A stretch of DNA of 40,007 nt from Candidatus Nanohalobium sp. (GCA_042217545.1 JBDGSM010000001.1:1-40007), one strand, 5' to 3'. Shown: positions 1 through 10,221, numbered from the stretch's first letter. A program made the numbers and translations. The notes: generated by a model not told the origin, from the letters alone.

Positions 1-531
1 TCTCTCGTCATAGGCCGTGTTGTTGACGACCACGTTGTTGTAGAGCTGGGAGTTCGGAACGATAACTTTTCTACCGTCGTAGGTCTTGACATCGGTCGCT
101 CTGATCCTGATATCCTTCACTGTACCTTCCTCTCCCTGCGTCTCGATCTGATCGCCGACCTTGAACGGTTGATTAACCATGATCATCAGGCCTGCGATGA
201 AATTGGAGATTGTATCGCGCAGAGCGAACGAAATTCCCAAACCAATCAATCCCAGGAAGGTTCCCAGAGCGGAGAGAGGAACTCCGAAAACTCCAAGTAT
301 CGCAAAACCGGAGATAGTATAGATCACGTAGCTTGTAGCCTTCTTCGCCATAAACTCGGCATGCTTGTGGCCTGAACGTTTGCTGATCGTCCTCTCCACC
401 ATCTTGTCGCTTAACCTGTTAAGGCTCCAGGCGATCAACAGTACCACCATGACGGCGATAAATGACGAGGGATCAAAAGTGAATCCAAGGCCTGAAATAT
501 TGTTCCAACCCAGAGATAAACCTGTTAACAT
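1..531 (-). CDS. mscS: Small-conductance mechanosensitive channel (MscS family), runs off the left edge
   Basis: Not in ORF track. Hand translation from ATG at 531 gives hydrophobic N-terminal helices then GLGISFALRDTISNFIAGLMIMVNQPFKVGDQIETQGEEGTVKDIRIRATDVKTYDGRKVIVPNSQLY, the typical MscS TM3 plus beta-domain signature. Confidence 0.92.
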   Translation of the reverse strand, partial: MLTGLSLGWNNISGLGFTFDPSSFIAVMVVLLIAWSLNRLSDKMVERTISKRSGHKHAEFMAKKATSYVIYTISGFAILGVFGVPLSALGTFLGLIGLGISFALRDTISNFIAGLMIMVNQPFKVGDQIETQGEEGTVKDIRIRATDVKTYDGRKVIVPNSQLYNNVVVNNTAYDER

Positions 532-594
532 AGTATCACACCAAAAACTCGCTGGACAGTTCCTTAATAAGCTTTCCATATCCACAAACCAGAC

Positions 595-1536
595 ATGAAA
601 CACTCCAGGCTCCAGGCCCTTGAAAACCTTACAGAACAACAGATAAAACAGCTCCAGGCTTCAAAAGTCGCAGTCATAGGCCTCGGAGCCACAGGAGGCG
701 TTATAGCCGAAAGCCTTGCAAGATACGGGGTCAACCTGAAGATATTCGATAGAGACTATCTGGAAGAAAACGATCTATACAGTTCAGGCCTCTACACAGA
801 AACGGAATGCCGGAAATCTCTCCCCAAGGCCGAGGCCGCAGCAGAAAAGCTTTCAGAATTTACGGAGGTCGAGAAACATGTTGAAAGCCTTAACGCAGGT
901 AACGTAAACTCCCTCGATGAGGTTGACCTGGTGATCGATGCCACAGACAACATGGAGACACGTTTCCTGATCGATGAGTACGCCAGAAAGAACGGGAAGG
1001 CCTGGGTTTACACTGCGGCCCTTGCAGAGACAGGTTACTCCATGTTCTTCGATGAGAAATGCTTCAGCTGTGTCTTCGAACAGGTAAGGCCTGGAAAACT
1101 GGGAACCTGCCGGACAGAAGGCATAGTAAGGGACGTGGCAGCGCTTGCAGGACATAGATCCAGCCTCAAGGCCTTCAAGCACCTGACGGGCCTTGAAGTC
1201 TCCGAGAAGCTTGATGTAGTTCCATCAGGCGAAAGTTTCGATGTCGAGGCCTCTGGCTGCGAAGTCTGCCGAGGCGAAAACTTCCCACATCTGGGCTCTG
1301 AGGAGAAAGTTTCCAGTGTCTGCGGCGAGAACAAGTACCAGGTGAACACAGAACTCCCTGAAGAGGCATTCGAAAAGCTCAGAGCGGCGGGAGAAGTCGT
1401 CGCTGACAACGAGTACATTCTCAGGGCAGAGGTAGATGGGAAGGAGTTTGCACTTTACCATTCTGGCGGTGCACTGCTTGAGGCCGAGGATAGAGGCCAC
1501 GCCGAAGCCCGTTTCTCCGAGGTAGTGGGGATTTAA
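595..1536 (+). CDS. ThiF/MoeB/E1-like adenylyltransferase
   Basis: Rossmann motif VIGLGATGG, DRD, VIDATDN, Zn pairs CFSC and CEVC, putative active Cys in GTCRTEG, C-terminal VCG extension. Confidence 0.9.
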   Translation: MKHSRLQALENLTEQQIKQLQASKVAVIGLGATGGVIAESLARYGVNLKIFDRDYLEENDLYSSGLYTETECRKSLPKAEAAAEKLSEFTEVEKHVESLNAGNVNSLDEVDLVIDATDNMETRFLIDEYARKNGKAWVYTAALAETGYSMFFDEKCFSCVFEQVRPGKLGTCRTEGIVRDVAALAGHRSSLKAFKHLTGLEVSEKLDVVPSGESFDVEASGCEVCRGENFPHLGSEEKVSSVCGENKYQVNTELPEEAFEKLRAAGEVVADNEYILRAEVDGKEFALYHSGGALLEAEDRGHAEARFSEVVGI

Positions 1537-1560
1537 ACGAGGAGTTAAAATTCTCTCTTG

Positions 1561-2460
1561 ATGGATCTCGAGCAGGACTACATTATCTACGCGCTCCAGG
1601 CCTCGCTAACCTTCATCTCCGTCTCAGCAGCCTACTTCATAGACCTCGCAAGGCCTCTAACACTTGTATTCCTGCTCCCGGTAACAGTACTCTTCGGATA
1701 CACTACCTATATCTCCCGCGAACGTTTCAGGCCTCACTCGGCCATCGCACTTCTCTCACTGATATTTATACCTCTCGGGGGAGTAACTGCAGCCGTAGCT
1801 GTCATATTAACCATTGGAAACTTCCTTATATCGATCTTTGCAGGAGGAGAAAGCTTCAAAGACTACTACAGTTCAAGCGCCCTACCACTTCTCTTCACAG
1901 GCCTTGTGCTGGGAACATCTGTCTTCGGAATTGCTGTAACTGATGCAAAGATGGCGAATGAGATAAGGGATGGTGCAGCACAAATTTCGGGGAGACAGGC
2001 AGAAATACTTATCCACAGTAGCAACATGCTCCAGTCACAGAAAAAGAAGCAGATGAAAGTCGTCAATTTAACGTCGGATACTGTATTCAGGAATACTAAG
2101 GGATCGGTCCTGGGTTACATGGGCAGGAATAGCAGTATCAGCCCGGCAGCATACAGGAAGCTGGAAGACGCGTTCTCCCATGCAAACAGAACTGTGAAAA
2201 GCAAGATAGAGAAACTGAACGCGGAAAAAATCAACGACAAAACGGTGGACATCTCCGCAAGAATATCCGACCTCATAAACTCCACCCTCGAGGGAAAGGC
2301 CTTCCTTTTACTGGTGCCGATAGTTGCTTTTGCCCTGTACAGCCTTCACCCTGTTATAGGTGTTCTCACCGCTATCTGGGCTTCTCTGTTTGCCGCCGTA
2401 GATGTTCGGATCTCGGGAGAGACTGATTCAAAAGAATTGGACTCGTCTTCAGATGTATGA
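1561..2460 (+). CDS. Multi-pass membrane protein of unknown function
   Basis: Several hydrophobic segments flanking a Lys-rich loop. TTTAAA at 1532 is 29 nt before ATG 1561. ATGA overlap with lhr. Confidence 0.75.
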   Translation: MDLEQDYIIYALQASLTFISVSAAYFIDLARPLTLVFLLPVTVLFGYTTYISRERFRPHSAIALLSLIFIPLGGVTAAVAVILTIGNFLISIFAGGESFKDYYSSSALPLLFTGLVLGTSVFGIAVTDAKMANEIRDGAAQISGRQAEILIHSSNMLQSQKKKQMKVVNLTSDTVFRNTKGSVLGYMGRNSSISPAAYRKLEDAFSHANRTVKSKIEKLNAEKINDKTVDISARISDLINSTLEGKAFLLLVPIVAFALYSLHPVIGVLTAIWASLFAAVDVRISGETDSKELDSSSDV

Positions 2461-5141
2461 CCGAGATAAAATTTGCGGACGAAAAAGAGGCCTCTGACAC
2501 CCTGCCTGAGGACTTCGAACCCTACGTCAAGGAATGGTTTAACGACCAGTTTGAAGGCCTTTCTCCGCCTCAGAGGTATTCCTTTGATCTTATCCATGAA
2601 CGTGAGAACTCTTTGATCTGTGCTCCTACAGGTTCTGGAAAGACTCTTTCCGCCTTCCTATCCGTACTGAATGACCTGTTCCAGATGGGCGATGAAGGAG
2701 AGCTGGATGATGAAATCTATGCAGTCTATGTTTCTCCGCTGAGGGCCTTGAACAATGATATTCAGAGGAATCTGGAGGATCCTCTTTCCGGTATCCGGGA
2801 GAAAGCGGAGGAGATGGGCTACGATGTTCCGGAGATCCGCAGTGGTGTAAGGACTGGAGATACGACCGACAGCGAGAAATCCCAGCAGCTGAAGAATCCG
2901 CCGCAGATACTGATCACGACACCGGAGTCGCTGGGAATCCTGCTTGACTCTCCAAAGTTCAAGGAGAACCTGAAAAATGTTAAGTACCTGATAACCGACG
3001 AGATACACTCGCTAAGTGAGAACAAGCGCGGAGTACATCTATCGCTCTCCTATGAACGTCTACAGGAGATGGCAAACACCTCGCCGACCCGGATAGGCCT
3101 TTCCGCAACCCAGGCACCGATAGACGAGATCGCAAAGTATCTTGTAGGTTACGATGCCGATATAGAGGTCGGGAAGAAAGAGACCGAGTACGATCCAGTG
3201 AACTCCTCGGAAATAGCTTCTGATGGGGATTACAGGACCCGTGGATGCACGATTGTGGACGTTGCTGCTTCAAAGGAGATCGACCTGGAGACAGTTTCCC
3301 CGGTAAGAGACCTGATCCATACGCCTCCGGACGAGATCAACGAAGCCATGTACGACAAGATACATAACTACGTCCAGGAACACGAATCCACCATAATATT
3401 CACCAACACACGTTCAGCGACTGAGCGAGTGGTCAACAACCTGAAGGACAGGTTCCCGGACTTCTACGATGACAACATCGGAGCGCATCACTCCTCCATG
3501 TCACGGGAGGAACGGCTGAAAGTCGAGGAGAAACTGAAGAAAGGGAAGATGAAAGTCGGAGTCACTTCAACCTCTCTCGAACTCGGAGTCGACATAGGAG
3601 CAGTAGACCTTGTACTGCAGCTTGGATCGCCGAAAGGAGTCGCACGTGGAATCCAGAGAATTGGAAGATCAGGCCACAAGATCGGGAAAAAAGCCAAGGG
3701 GAAGATGATAGTAACAGATAGAGACGACGCGATGGAATGCTCAGTCCTGACCAAGTGCGCAAAGGAGGACGAACTCGACAAGATACAGATACCTACAAAC
3801 GCACTAGATGTCCTCGCACAGCACATCGTAGGAATGGCCTGCAACCACCGATGGGACATCGATCATGCATATAATGTCATAAGGAAAAGCTACTGCTACA
3901 GAAACCTTGATCTGGAAGACTATGAAGCAGTTATGAAGTATCTATCCGGCGAATACGAGCTTGAGGACCAGAACGTCTACAGAAAAATCTGGAAAAACGA
4001 AAAGAAAGGCCTTTTCGGAAGAAGCGGCAAGATGACCAGGGTAATATACATGACAAACATAGGGACGATCCCTGATGAGACCGGATACGACGTGAAGACT
4101 CGTGGAAACGGCAACTACGTGGGAACTCTGGACGAGGAGTTCCTGGACCGATTGACAAAAGGAGACATCTTCACCCTGGGAGGAAGTACCTACGAGTTCA
4201 AGTACGCGAAAGGCATGAAAGTATTCGTAGATCCCAAGCCGAATGCCTCGCCGACAGTACCTTCCTGGTACAGCGAAAGACTCCCTCTAAGCTACGATCT
4301 AGGCCTCAAGATCGGAGAATTCCGTAAACAGGTGGGTAAACAGGTGGAAATGGGTGCAGGAGACGACGACATCATCCAGTGGATCATGTACAACTACTAC
4401 CTTGACGAAAACACTGCAGAGGCCATCTACAGCTACATAAAGGAACAATACCAGTTCACAGGGGAAGTCTCAACCCATGAAGACATCACGGTAGAAAAAT
4501 ACATTGATGAAGACGGTAAGCAGAACTTCATCTTCCAGACCATCTATGGCAGAAGAGTTCACGATGCAATGGCCCGAATACTGGCCCATCTACTCCAGAA
4601 ACGCATAGGATCCAATATTGGCATGGTCATAGACGACAACGGCTTCATACTTGTCACGCCGAGAAGGCCTATCGACATAGAAAAACTTATTAGCCAGCTA
4701 ACTGAATGCGATCCTGAAAAAGAGCTCAGAGAAGCAGTGAAGAAGACCGAACTGATGAAACGCAGATTCAGGCACGTAGGCGGTAGAAGCCTGATGATCC
4801 TGAGAAATTACCAGGGCAATTCAAAGACTGTAGGCCAGCAGCAGATGAAAGGCCACTTCCTTCTCTCTGCGATAAGAAACGAGTACGGCGAGGACTTCCC
4901 GATGATAAAAGAAACATACAGAGAGATCATGGAGGACGCCATGGACATCAAACATGCAAAAGAGGTTATAGAAGGCCTTGAATCTGGCGATATCTCCTAT
5001 GAGCTCCGTGACGCAAGCATCCCCTCGCCTTTCAGCCATAACCTGCTTCTGCAGCAGAGTACGGACGTTATCAAGATGGAGGATAAGAAGGAGAGGCTTC
5101 AGCAGCTTCACCAGCAGGTCATGAACCGTATCAACAACTGA
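2457..5141 (+). CDS. lhr: Archaeal Lhr-like SF2 DEXH ATP-dependent helicase
   Basis: Q motif SPPQ, APTGSGKT, SPLRALNNDI, RTGDT, ITTPESL, DEIH, GLSAT, TSSLELG-like TSTSLELGVDIG, QRIGRSGH, Lhr C-terminal PSWYSE and PSPFSH; 894 aa. Confidence 0.95.
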   Translation: MTEIKFADEKEASDTLPEDFEPYVKEWFNDQFEGLSPPQRYSFDLIHERENSLICAPTGSGKTLSAFLSVLNDLFQMGDEGELDDEIYAVYVSPLRALNNDIQRNLEDPLSGIREKAEEMGYDVPEIRSGVRTGDTTDSEKSQQLKNPPQILITTPESLGILLDSPKFKENLKNVKYLITDEIHSLSENKRGVHLSLSYERLQEMANTSPTRIGLSATQAPIDEIAKYLVGYDADIEVGKKETEYDPVNSSEIASDGDYRTRGCTIVDVAASKEIDLETVSPVRDLIHTPPDEINEAMYDKIHNYVQEHESTIIFTNTRSATERVVNNLKDRFPDFYDDNIGAHHSSMSREERLKVEEKLKKGKMKVGVTSTSLELGVDIGAVDLVLQLGSPKGVARGIQRIGRSGHKIGKKAKGKMIVTDRDDAMECSVLTKCAKEDELDKIQIPTNALDVLAQHIVGMACNHRWDIDHAYNVIRKSYCYRNLDLEDYEAVMKYLSGEYELEDQNVYRKIWKNEKKGLFGRSGKMTRVIYMTNIGTIPDETGYDVKTRGNGNYVGTLDEEFLDRLTKGDIFTLGGSTYEFKYAKGMKVFVDPKPNASPTVPSWYSERLPLSYDLGLKIGEFRKQVGKQVEMGAGDDDIIQWIMYNYYLDENTAEAIYSYIKEQYQFTGEVSTHEDITVEKYIDEDGKQNFIFQTIYGRRVHDAMARILAHLLQKRIGSNIGMVIDDNGFILVTPRRPIDIEKLISQLTECDPEKELREAVKKTELMKRRFRHVGGRSLMILRNYQGNSKTVGQQQMKGHFLLSAIRNEYGEDFPMIKETYREIMEDAMDIKHAKEVIEGLESGDISYELRDASIPSPFSHNLLLQQSTDVIKMEDKKERLQQLHQQVMNRINN

Positions 5142-5181
5142 AGCCGGTTGGTTCTAAAGTCTTCACCGCCAAAAATTATCC

Positions 5182-6861
5182 ATGCTGCAGCCGGCGATCC
5201 AGCAACTAAGCAACTACCTCCTCAATCCTCTAGGCCTTGCAGCACTTCTGGCACTGATTCCCCTGATAATCTTCTACCTTATGAGGCCTTCACCGGAGGA
5301 AAAAGTGATGCCCTCGATGAAGTTCTTCCAACAGGACAGGAAATCGGGAAGACTTCGAAAAGCACTGAGAATCCTGCAGAGAAACTTTATGCTTCTACTC
5401 CACATCCTTATGATCGCAGCTCTCGCAGCAGCCATCGCAAACCCATATATAATGGCGGATAAAAGGCCTCAAAACGCCGTAATCGTGATAGATAACTCTG
5501 CAAGCATGAAACCGGTTTTCAACCAGGTTAAAGACAGAGCAGTCTCGGAACTCGGCAGAAGTAACACTGTAGTCCTGGCGAACGACGAGGCTGAAGTTCC
5601 ACTCAGAAAAGTATCATACTCAAGAGCTGAAAACTTTATCAGAGGCCTCAAAGCCGAGGAAACAGGAAGCAGTATAGGGAGAGCGCTGGAACGGGCCAGA
5701 AACTACGATGGAAAAATGTTCGTGGCCTCTGACTTCGACTCGACATCTCAGAACCCTGTCGAAACAGGGCCTCTCCTAAAATCTATCTCTGCTTCAAGGC
5801 CTCTTCAGACATTCAGCCCGGCAAAATCCAATAGCTGGGGCATAGTAGACCTGAAGATCTTCCAGGATAACGCAACTGTCTTCATCCAGAACTTCAGACA
5901 GAAAAACGTACAGACAAGACTTAAGGTGGGGGAGGACTCCAGAAATATCCAGCTCAATCCGGGAGAACTCCGTAAAATATCCTTCACACTTGAAAAAGGA
6001 AGGAACACAGTCAAACTGGGTGACGATGACTTCCAGGTAGACAACAATGCCTACATATTCAAGCCCGGTTCCAGATCTACCAGGGTCGCAGTCATCGCCA
6101 ACCAGAAGAACAGGTACCTGATGAAGGCCTTTGAACTGATGAATGGAGTAAACGCAAGCTACATGAAGCCTTCAGACCCTCTACCAGAAGCCGACGTGTA
6201 CATAGTCGGAAAGATATCTGATCCAGGACAGCTTGACACGGGCAAGATAAGCTCCCGCATAAAAGAAGGCTCAGGTCTCGTTCTTCAGGCACAGAAGAAA
6301 GTCACAGGCCTGCCGGACGAATGGACTATCCCCTCAATCGGAAAAACCTACAGAACTGCTGTAAAACTTAGAAAACCGGTTGAACTAGATCTGGATAATG
6401 CTACTGTCTTCCATGCAGACGTGAAAGGCGATTCAGCAGCAGACCCTACGGAAGCCCTCAAGTTCTCGGACTACGGGGAAGGCAACTTCGTCTTCATGAA
6501 CTTTGCATCAAAGAAGTTCAGAGAGAACCTTATGTATCCCGTTTTCTGGAAACAGCTTGTTGAAAAGATTTCAAGCAAGGCCTCGCTCTCAGAGCTGAAC
6601 AGGAAGACCGGCACAACCATCCTTACAGATAAGAGAACAGTGGAGCTCTCCCAGACCGGATTCAAGAGAATAGGAGGAGACATTCATGCTTCTAACCTGC
6701 TTAACGGGGATGAATCCAGCCTGGAAAATAGTAAACATACTTACAGCTCTTTAAAGGGCGTGAAGAAACCTTTCAGCCTTCGATCAGTGCCTATTGCGGT
6801 TCTCATATTTCTGGGCCTTGCAGAAATTGGCTATCTCTGGAGACGAGGTGAAGTGCCGTGA
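5182..6861 (+). CDS. BatA (N-terminal double-TM) plus vWA domain membrane protein
   Basis: N-terminus LNPLGLAALLALIPLIIFYLMRP...PSMKFF...AAIANP typical of the BatA domain, MIDAS-like VIDNSASM, C-terminal TM helix ending WRR. Confidence 0.85.
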   Translation: MLQPAIQQLSNYLLNPLGLAALLALIPLIIFYLMRPSPEEKVMPSMKFFQQDRKSGRLRKALRILQRNFMLLLHILMIAALAAAIANPYIMADKRPQNAVIVIDNSASMKPVFNQVKDRAVSELGRSNTVVLANDEAEVPLRKVSYSRAENFIRGLKAEETGSSIGRALERARNYDGKMFVASDFDSTSQNPVETGPLLKSISASRPLQTFSPAKSNSWGIVDLKIFQDNATVFIQNFRQKNVQTRLKVGEDSRNIQLNPGELRKISFTLEKGRNTVKLGDDDFQVDNNAYIFKPGSRSTRVAVIANQKNRYLMKAFELMNGVNASYMKPSDPLPEADVYIVGKISDPGQLDTGKISSRIKEGSGLVLQAQKKVTGLPDEWTIPSIGKTYRTAVKLRKPVELDLDNATVFHADVKGDSAADPTEALKFSDYGEGNFVFMNFASKKFRENLMYPVFWKQLVEKISSKASLSELNRKTGTTILTDKRTVELSQTGFKRIGGDIHASNLLNGDESSLENSKHTYSSLKGVKKPFSLRSVPIAVLIFLGLAEIGYLWRRGEVP

Positions 6862-9065
6862 TTGTTCCAATACAGTTTCACAGGCCTTTACTGCTTCTAG
6901 CAGCTTTGGCGGCGGCTTCAGGGGCGTATATCCTCTGGAAGGCCTCCAGCAGGTCAGGCTATATAATGGGGATTTCCAGGACGTTGTTCTTCCTGCTGCT
7001 GGCAGTTGCACTAGCAGGGCCGTTCATACAGGATGTAAAAACTGTTCAGTCAACGCAGAACCTGTTTCTGCTACGTGATAGCTCCAATTCCGCGGATCCG
7101 ATTCACAGGACAGATCCAAAGCTTGAGAACGTGAATATAGAGAGGAGAACACTGCTCAGAGGAAATAATTCCAACCTTGCGTCCGCTCTGGATTCCGAGC
7201 TCAGGCCTGATGCACGGTACCTGCTAGTAAGTGATGGGAGAAGTTCTGAAGATCTTCAGAATGTCCTTGAGAAATACAGGGGTGAAAACGCAACTATATC
7301 GGTTCTGAAACCTGATATAGATAAGGAGAGAGCTGTTTACGTTTCAGGGCCTTCCAGCACTGTGCCTGGAGCTGCGACAAAGTTTACTGTACACGTGAGT
7401 TCGACAAGGCCGGATAAAGTCCCGGTAAAGGTCTACCTGGATAACAGTACGGTTCTCAACAGCCAAATCTCGGGCTCATGGAGCTTTAACAGGAGCTTTG
7501 ACTCCAGGGGAACCCACAGGATCAGGGCCTCTATCGGCGGTGAAGATAGGTACAGCGGAAACAACAGGTACTACAAAGTCGTTAAAGTCAGGAAAAAGCC
7601 CAATGTTCTCTACGTCGGAAAGAAATCGGATCTGACAGGCAAGATCTCGGACTTCTACGATCTAAATATTGTTAAGAGAATTCCAGATGATCTATCCGAT
7701 TACTACGCAGTTATATCTACTAAGGCCCTGAACAGCGATCGACTCAGCTCTTACATCTCCCGTGGCAACGGCTATATGTACCTGGGCGGCTATAAGACTC
7801 CTGCCAGGTACCTCCCGGTGAAGGCCTCTTCAGAAAACTACGATACTGAAAGTACCAGGGTTGTCATAGCTATTGAGACTTCCTCCCAGGCAGGTACATC
7901 TATCAAGGACTCCAAGGATCTTGCATATGCTCTTGTCAAGGAACTGCCGTTGAATACCAAGCTTGCTTCTCTCTACTACTCACAGGATGCTCACGTACTC
8001 AGCAAGCTTCAGACTCTGGCGTACAACAAGGATTCGGTTCTCAGAAAGATTTCCAGTGTCAAGCCGATCGCTGAAACCCGTCATGGAGTAGGGCTCCAGG
8101 CTGCAAAGCAGATGGCAGATGGCAAGGGCAATATTGTGCTTTTCACAGATGGAAACTTCTTCAGAGGCCCTGAATCCTCGGTCAAGCAACCTGCCGAGGT
8201 CAGGAGGGATGCTTTCAAGGTTGCTGAAAGCCTGGATGTAAACTTCTATGTCGTGGGAGTCGGGAAGGATCCTAACAGACAGTTCCTTCAGGAGCTTGCG
8301 CATAGAGGTGGAGGACGGTATATTTCCGCGGACAATGTCTGGAGACTGGGATTCAAGTTCGGAGCTGGAGGAGGAACTTCAGCTTTCAAACCCCTGGCGG
8401 TCGTCGACACCCAGCATTTCATAACACGGGATATGGGATTGGATACAAGCGTACCGCTGTTTGATGAGGTAAAGCCGAAGAGGTCCGCAAACGTCCTCGT
8501 ATCAGGGCCAGGAAAGAGAGAGTTCCTGACAACCTGGAACTACGGCCTTGGAAGAGTAGCGACATTCTCCGGCGGCCAGCCAACACTTTCCCGTGTTCTG
8601 AGATCTGATCCCGGCCTTGTATCCCGTACTGCAAGCTGGACCGTCGGAGACCCGAAGAGAAAGAAGGATAAATGGATTGAAATTTCCGGAAATACTGCAC
8701 CAGGGAAGCCAGAGGTTAAGGCCTCGTATCCTGTCGAGGGCCTGACTTACAGTTCCCAGGATCGTTACACCGGCAGTATCAGTCCGGAAGGCCTTGGCTT
8801 CCATAGCTTCTCTGGTAGAAGCTTTGCATACAACTATAATCCGGAGATCAGAAAAGTAGGGTACAGGGATGATGTACTTGACAGGATTGCGTCCGCCACA
8901 GGCGGTAGGGTGTACAGTCCTTCCGAGTTAGGTGATGCAGGTTTTAACGGAACCGGTAGCGAGCAGGTTTCGTATACAAGGCCTCTGGGAGTTTATTTCT
9001 TGGCAGCTGCCCTGGTATTGTTCCTTTTAGAAATTGGTTACAGGAAGTTGAACGGGAAGAAGTAG
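6858..9065 (+). CDS. vWA domain-containing membrane protein
   Basis: N-terminal TMs, DSSNS MIDAS-like motif, LVSDG and LFTDG motifs, FLQELAHRGGGRY, YGLGRV, IASATGG, C-terminal TM FLLEIGYRK. GTGA overlap with the previous gene and SD GAGGTGA. Confidence 0.85.
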   Translation: MIVPIQFHRPLLLLAALAAASGAYILWKASSRSGYIMGISRTLFFLLLAVALAGPFIQDVKTVQSTQNLFLLRDSSNSADPIHRTDPKLENVNIERRTLLRGNNSNLASALDSELRPDARYLLVSDGRSSEDLQNVLEKYRGENATISVLKPDIDKERAVYVSGPSSTVPGAATKFTVHVSSTRPDKVPVKVYLDNSTVLNSQISGSWSFNRSFDSRGTHRIRASIGGEDRYSGNNRYYKVVKVRKKPNVLYVGKKSDLTGKISDFYDLNIVKRIPDDLSDYYAVISTKALNSDRLSSYISRGNGYMYLGGYKTPARYLPVKASSENYDTESTRVVIAIETSSQAGTSIKDSKDLAYALVKELPLNTKLASLYYSQDAHVLSKLQTLAYNKDSVLRKISSVKPIAETRHGVGLQAAKQMADGKGNIVLFTDGNFFRGPESSVKQPAEVRRDAFKVAESLDVNFYVVGVGKDPNRQFLQELAHRGGGRYISADNVWRLGFKFGAGGGTSAFKPLAVVDTQHFITRDMGLDTSVPLFDEVKPKRSANVLVSGPGKREFLTTWNYGLGRVATFSGGQPTLSRVLRSDPGLVSRTASWTVGDPKRKKDKWIEISGNTAPGKPEVKASYPVEGLTYSSQDRYTGSISPEGLGFHSFSGRSFAYNYNPEIRKVGYRDDVLDRIASATGGRVYSPSELGDAGFNGTGSEQVSYTRPLGVYFLAAALVLFLLEIGYRKLNGKK

Positions 9066-9111
9066 CGGTTTGATGGCAAGCTTTATTTACAGGCCTCCGA
9101 ATTTTTTGGTT

Positions 9112-9900
9112 ATGGGAGCTTTGGATAAGATTAAGGATTCTATTCCCGGTACGGACTCATCTAACAGTTCCTCGTCAGGCTCTGATTTTGGCGGCGGGGA
9201 TTTCGATGGTTCCTTCGATGACGGAGGAGATCTAGGTATTGATAACTCAGGAGGGCCTGGAAACGGCTCTCAGACAGGTTCTTCCTCTGGCATGCGAGGT
9301 CCTGGAGGCGGTTCTGGAGGTGGCGGTAATCTTCCAGGTACTCCAAGAGGTTCTCAGCCAGGAGGGCCTCAGGGATCCCAGGGAGGTCCAGGAGGTAATC
9401 CCCCAGGTTCTCAGGGTCCGCCAGGCTCTGCCAGTGGTAAAGGCGGTTCTGGCCCGGGATTAGGAGGAAGCTCCCAACAAGGCTCTCAGCCCCCTCCAGG
9501 AAATTCTGGTCCGCCTGCTTCAGGTCCAGGCCCGGATTCATCTGGTTCTGGTCTAAACGGTCAGAGCAATCAGGGTTCGAGAGGTCCCGGCGGTCCCGGT
9601 GGCTCATCTCCGGGTTCTCAGCAAAGTTCTGGTAGGCCTGATTCGTCAGGTTCTCCAAATCCACAGTCCGGAAGGCCTTCTCCCTCAGGTGAGCCTCAGT
9701 TAAGCTCTTCGACGAAGAAGAAGATGAGGGAGGCAGGTATGCATCCTGATCAGCCTTCAGGCGGTCCCGGTGGCTCATCTCCGGGTTCGAGAGGTTCCAG
9801 CGGCCAGTCCGTGGCTGCTTCTAGGGATGAGATCGAGGAGTTGAAGTCCCAGAACGAGCAGATTATCGAGCTTCTGAAGAGAATTAATCAGAACCTTTAG
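9112..9900 (+). CDS. Gly/Ser/Pro/Gln-rich low-complexity protein with C-terminal coiled coil
   Basis: Long ORF filling the gap. ATG 9112 preferred to the TTG at 9070 because a TTTATTTA TATA-like box lies about 30 nt upstream. Ends RDEIEELKSQNEQIIELLKRINQNL. Confidence 0.75.
   Translation: MGALDKIKDSIPGTDSSNSSSSGSDFGGGDFDGSFDDGGDLGIDNSGGPGNGSQTGSSSGMRGPGGGSGGGGNLPGTPRGSQPGGPQGSQGGPGGNPPGSQGPPGSASGKGGSGPGLGGSSQQGSQPPPGNSGPPASGPGPDSSGSGLNGQSNQGSRGPGGPGGSSPGSQQSSGRPDSSGSPNPQSGRPSPSGEPQLSSSTKKKMREAGMHPDQPSGGPGGSSPGSRGSSGQSVAASRDEIEELKSQNEQIIELLKRINQNL
9589..9788 (+). repeat. 29-bp exact direct repeat GGCGGTCCCGGTGGCTCATCTCCGGGTTC (9589-9617 and 9760-9788)
   Basis: Read directly; both copies encode GGPGGSSPGS. 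Confidence 0.9.
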
Positions 9901-10217
9901 ATGTTCATCAGGAAGAACATGGTCCAGACTCCTTTGAGGAACAGGAAGCCGGCAATGTAGCTCTTGTATCCTGCGAGGATCGGTGGAGTTCCTATGAAAA
10001 GTATTGTGGCGGATAGTATGTCTGCTGCTCCGCCAAGGACGTAGATCGGCATTCCTCCGAGGGGTAACGGCCTTATGACAGTGGCTGCACCTTTGAATAT
10101 TAGGAACCATGCGTGTACTGTGGCTATGTTCTGAGGTATGGGTGATGCCGTGAATAGCAGTAGTATACCTGATAGAAGGTCTAGCATCCCCATCGGATCC
10201 AGTTTTACGGGAAACAT
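9897..10217 (-). CDS. Small membrane protein of unknown function
   Basis: 106 aa with about 4 hydrophobic helices and an internal repeat (FLIFKG / FLFLKG). Directly downstream of the NYN gene. Confidence 0.7.
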   Translation of the reverse strand: MFPVKLDPMGMLDLLSGILLLFTASPIPQNIATVHAWFLIFKGAATVIRPLPLGGMPIYVLGGAADILSATILFIGTPPILAGYKSYIAGFLFLKGVWTMFFLMNI

Positions 10218-10221
10218 GTCT

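Noticed and set aside
169..598. Plus-strand ORFs 169-375 and 365-598
   Set aside because: Antisense shadows of the clear mscS gene on the minus strand.
3140..3240. Acidic insertion in Lhr after motif III as a possible intein remnant
   Set aside because: Only about 25-30 aa with no intein terminal motifs; probably a surface loop.
9112..9900. Collagen-like protein
   Set aside because: Gly is not in a sustained Gly-X-Y register.
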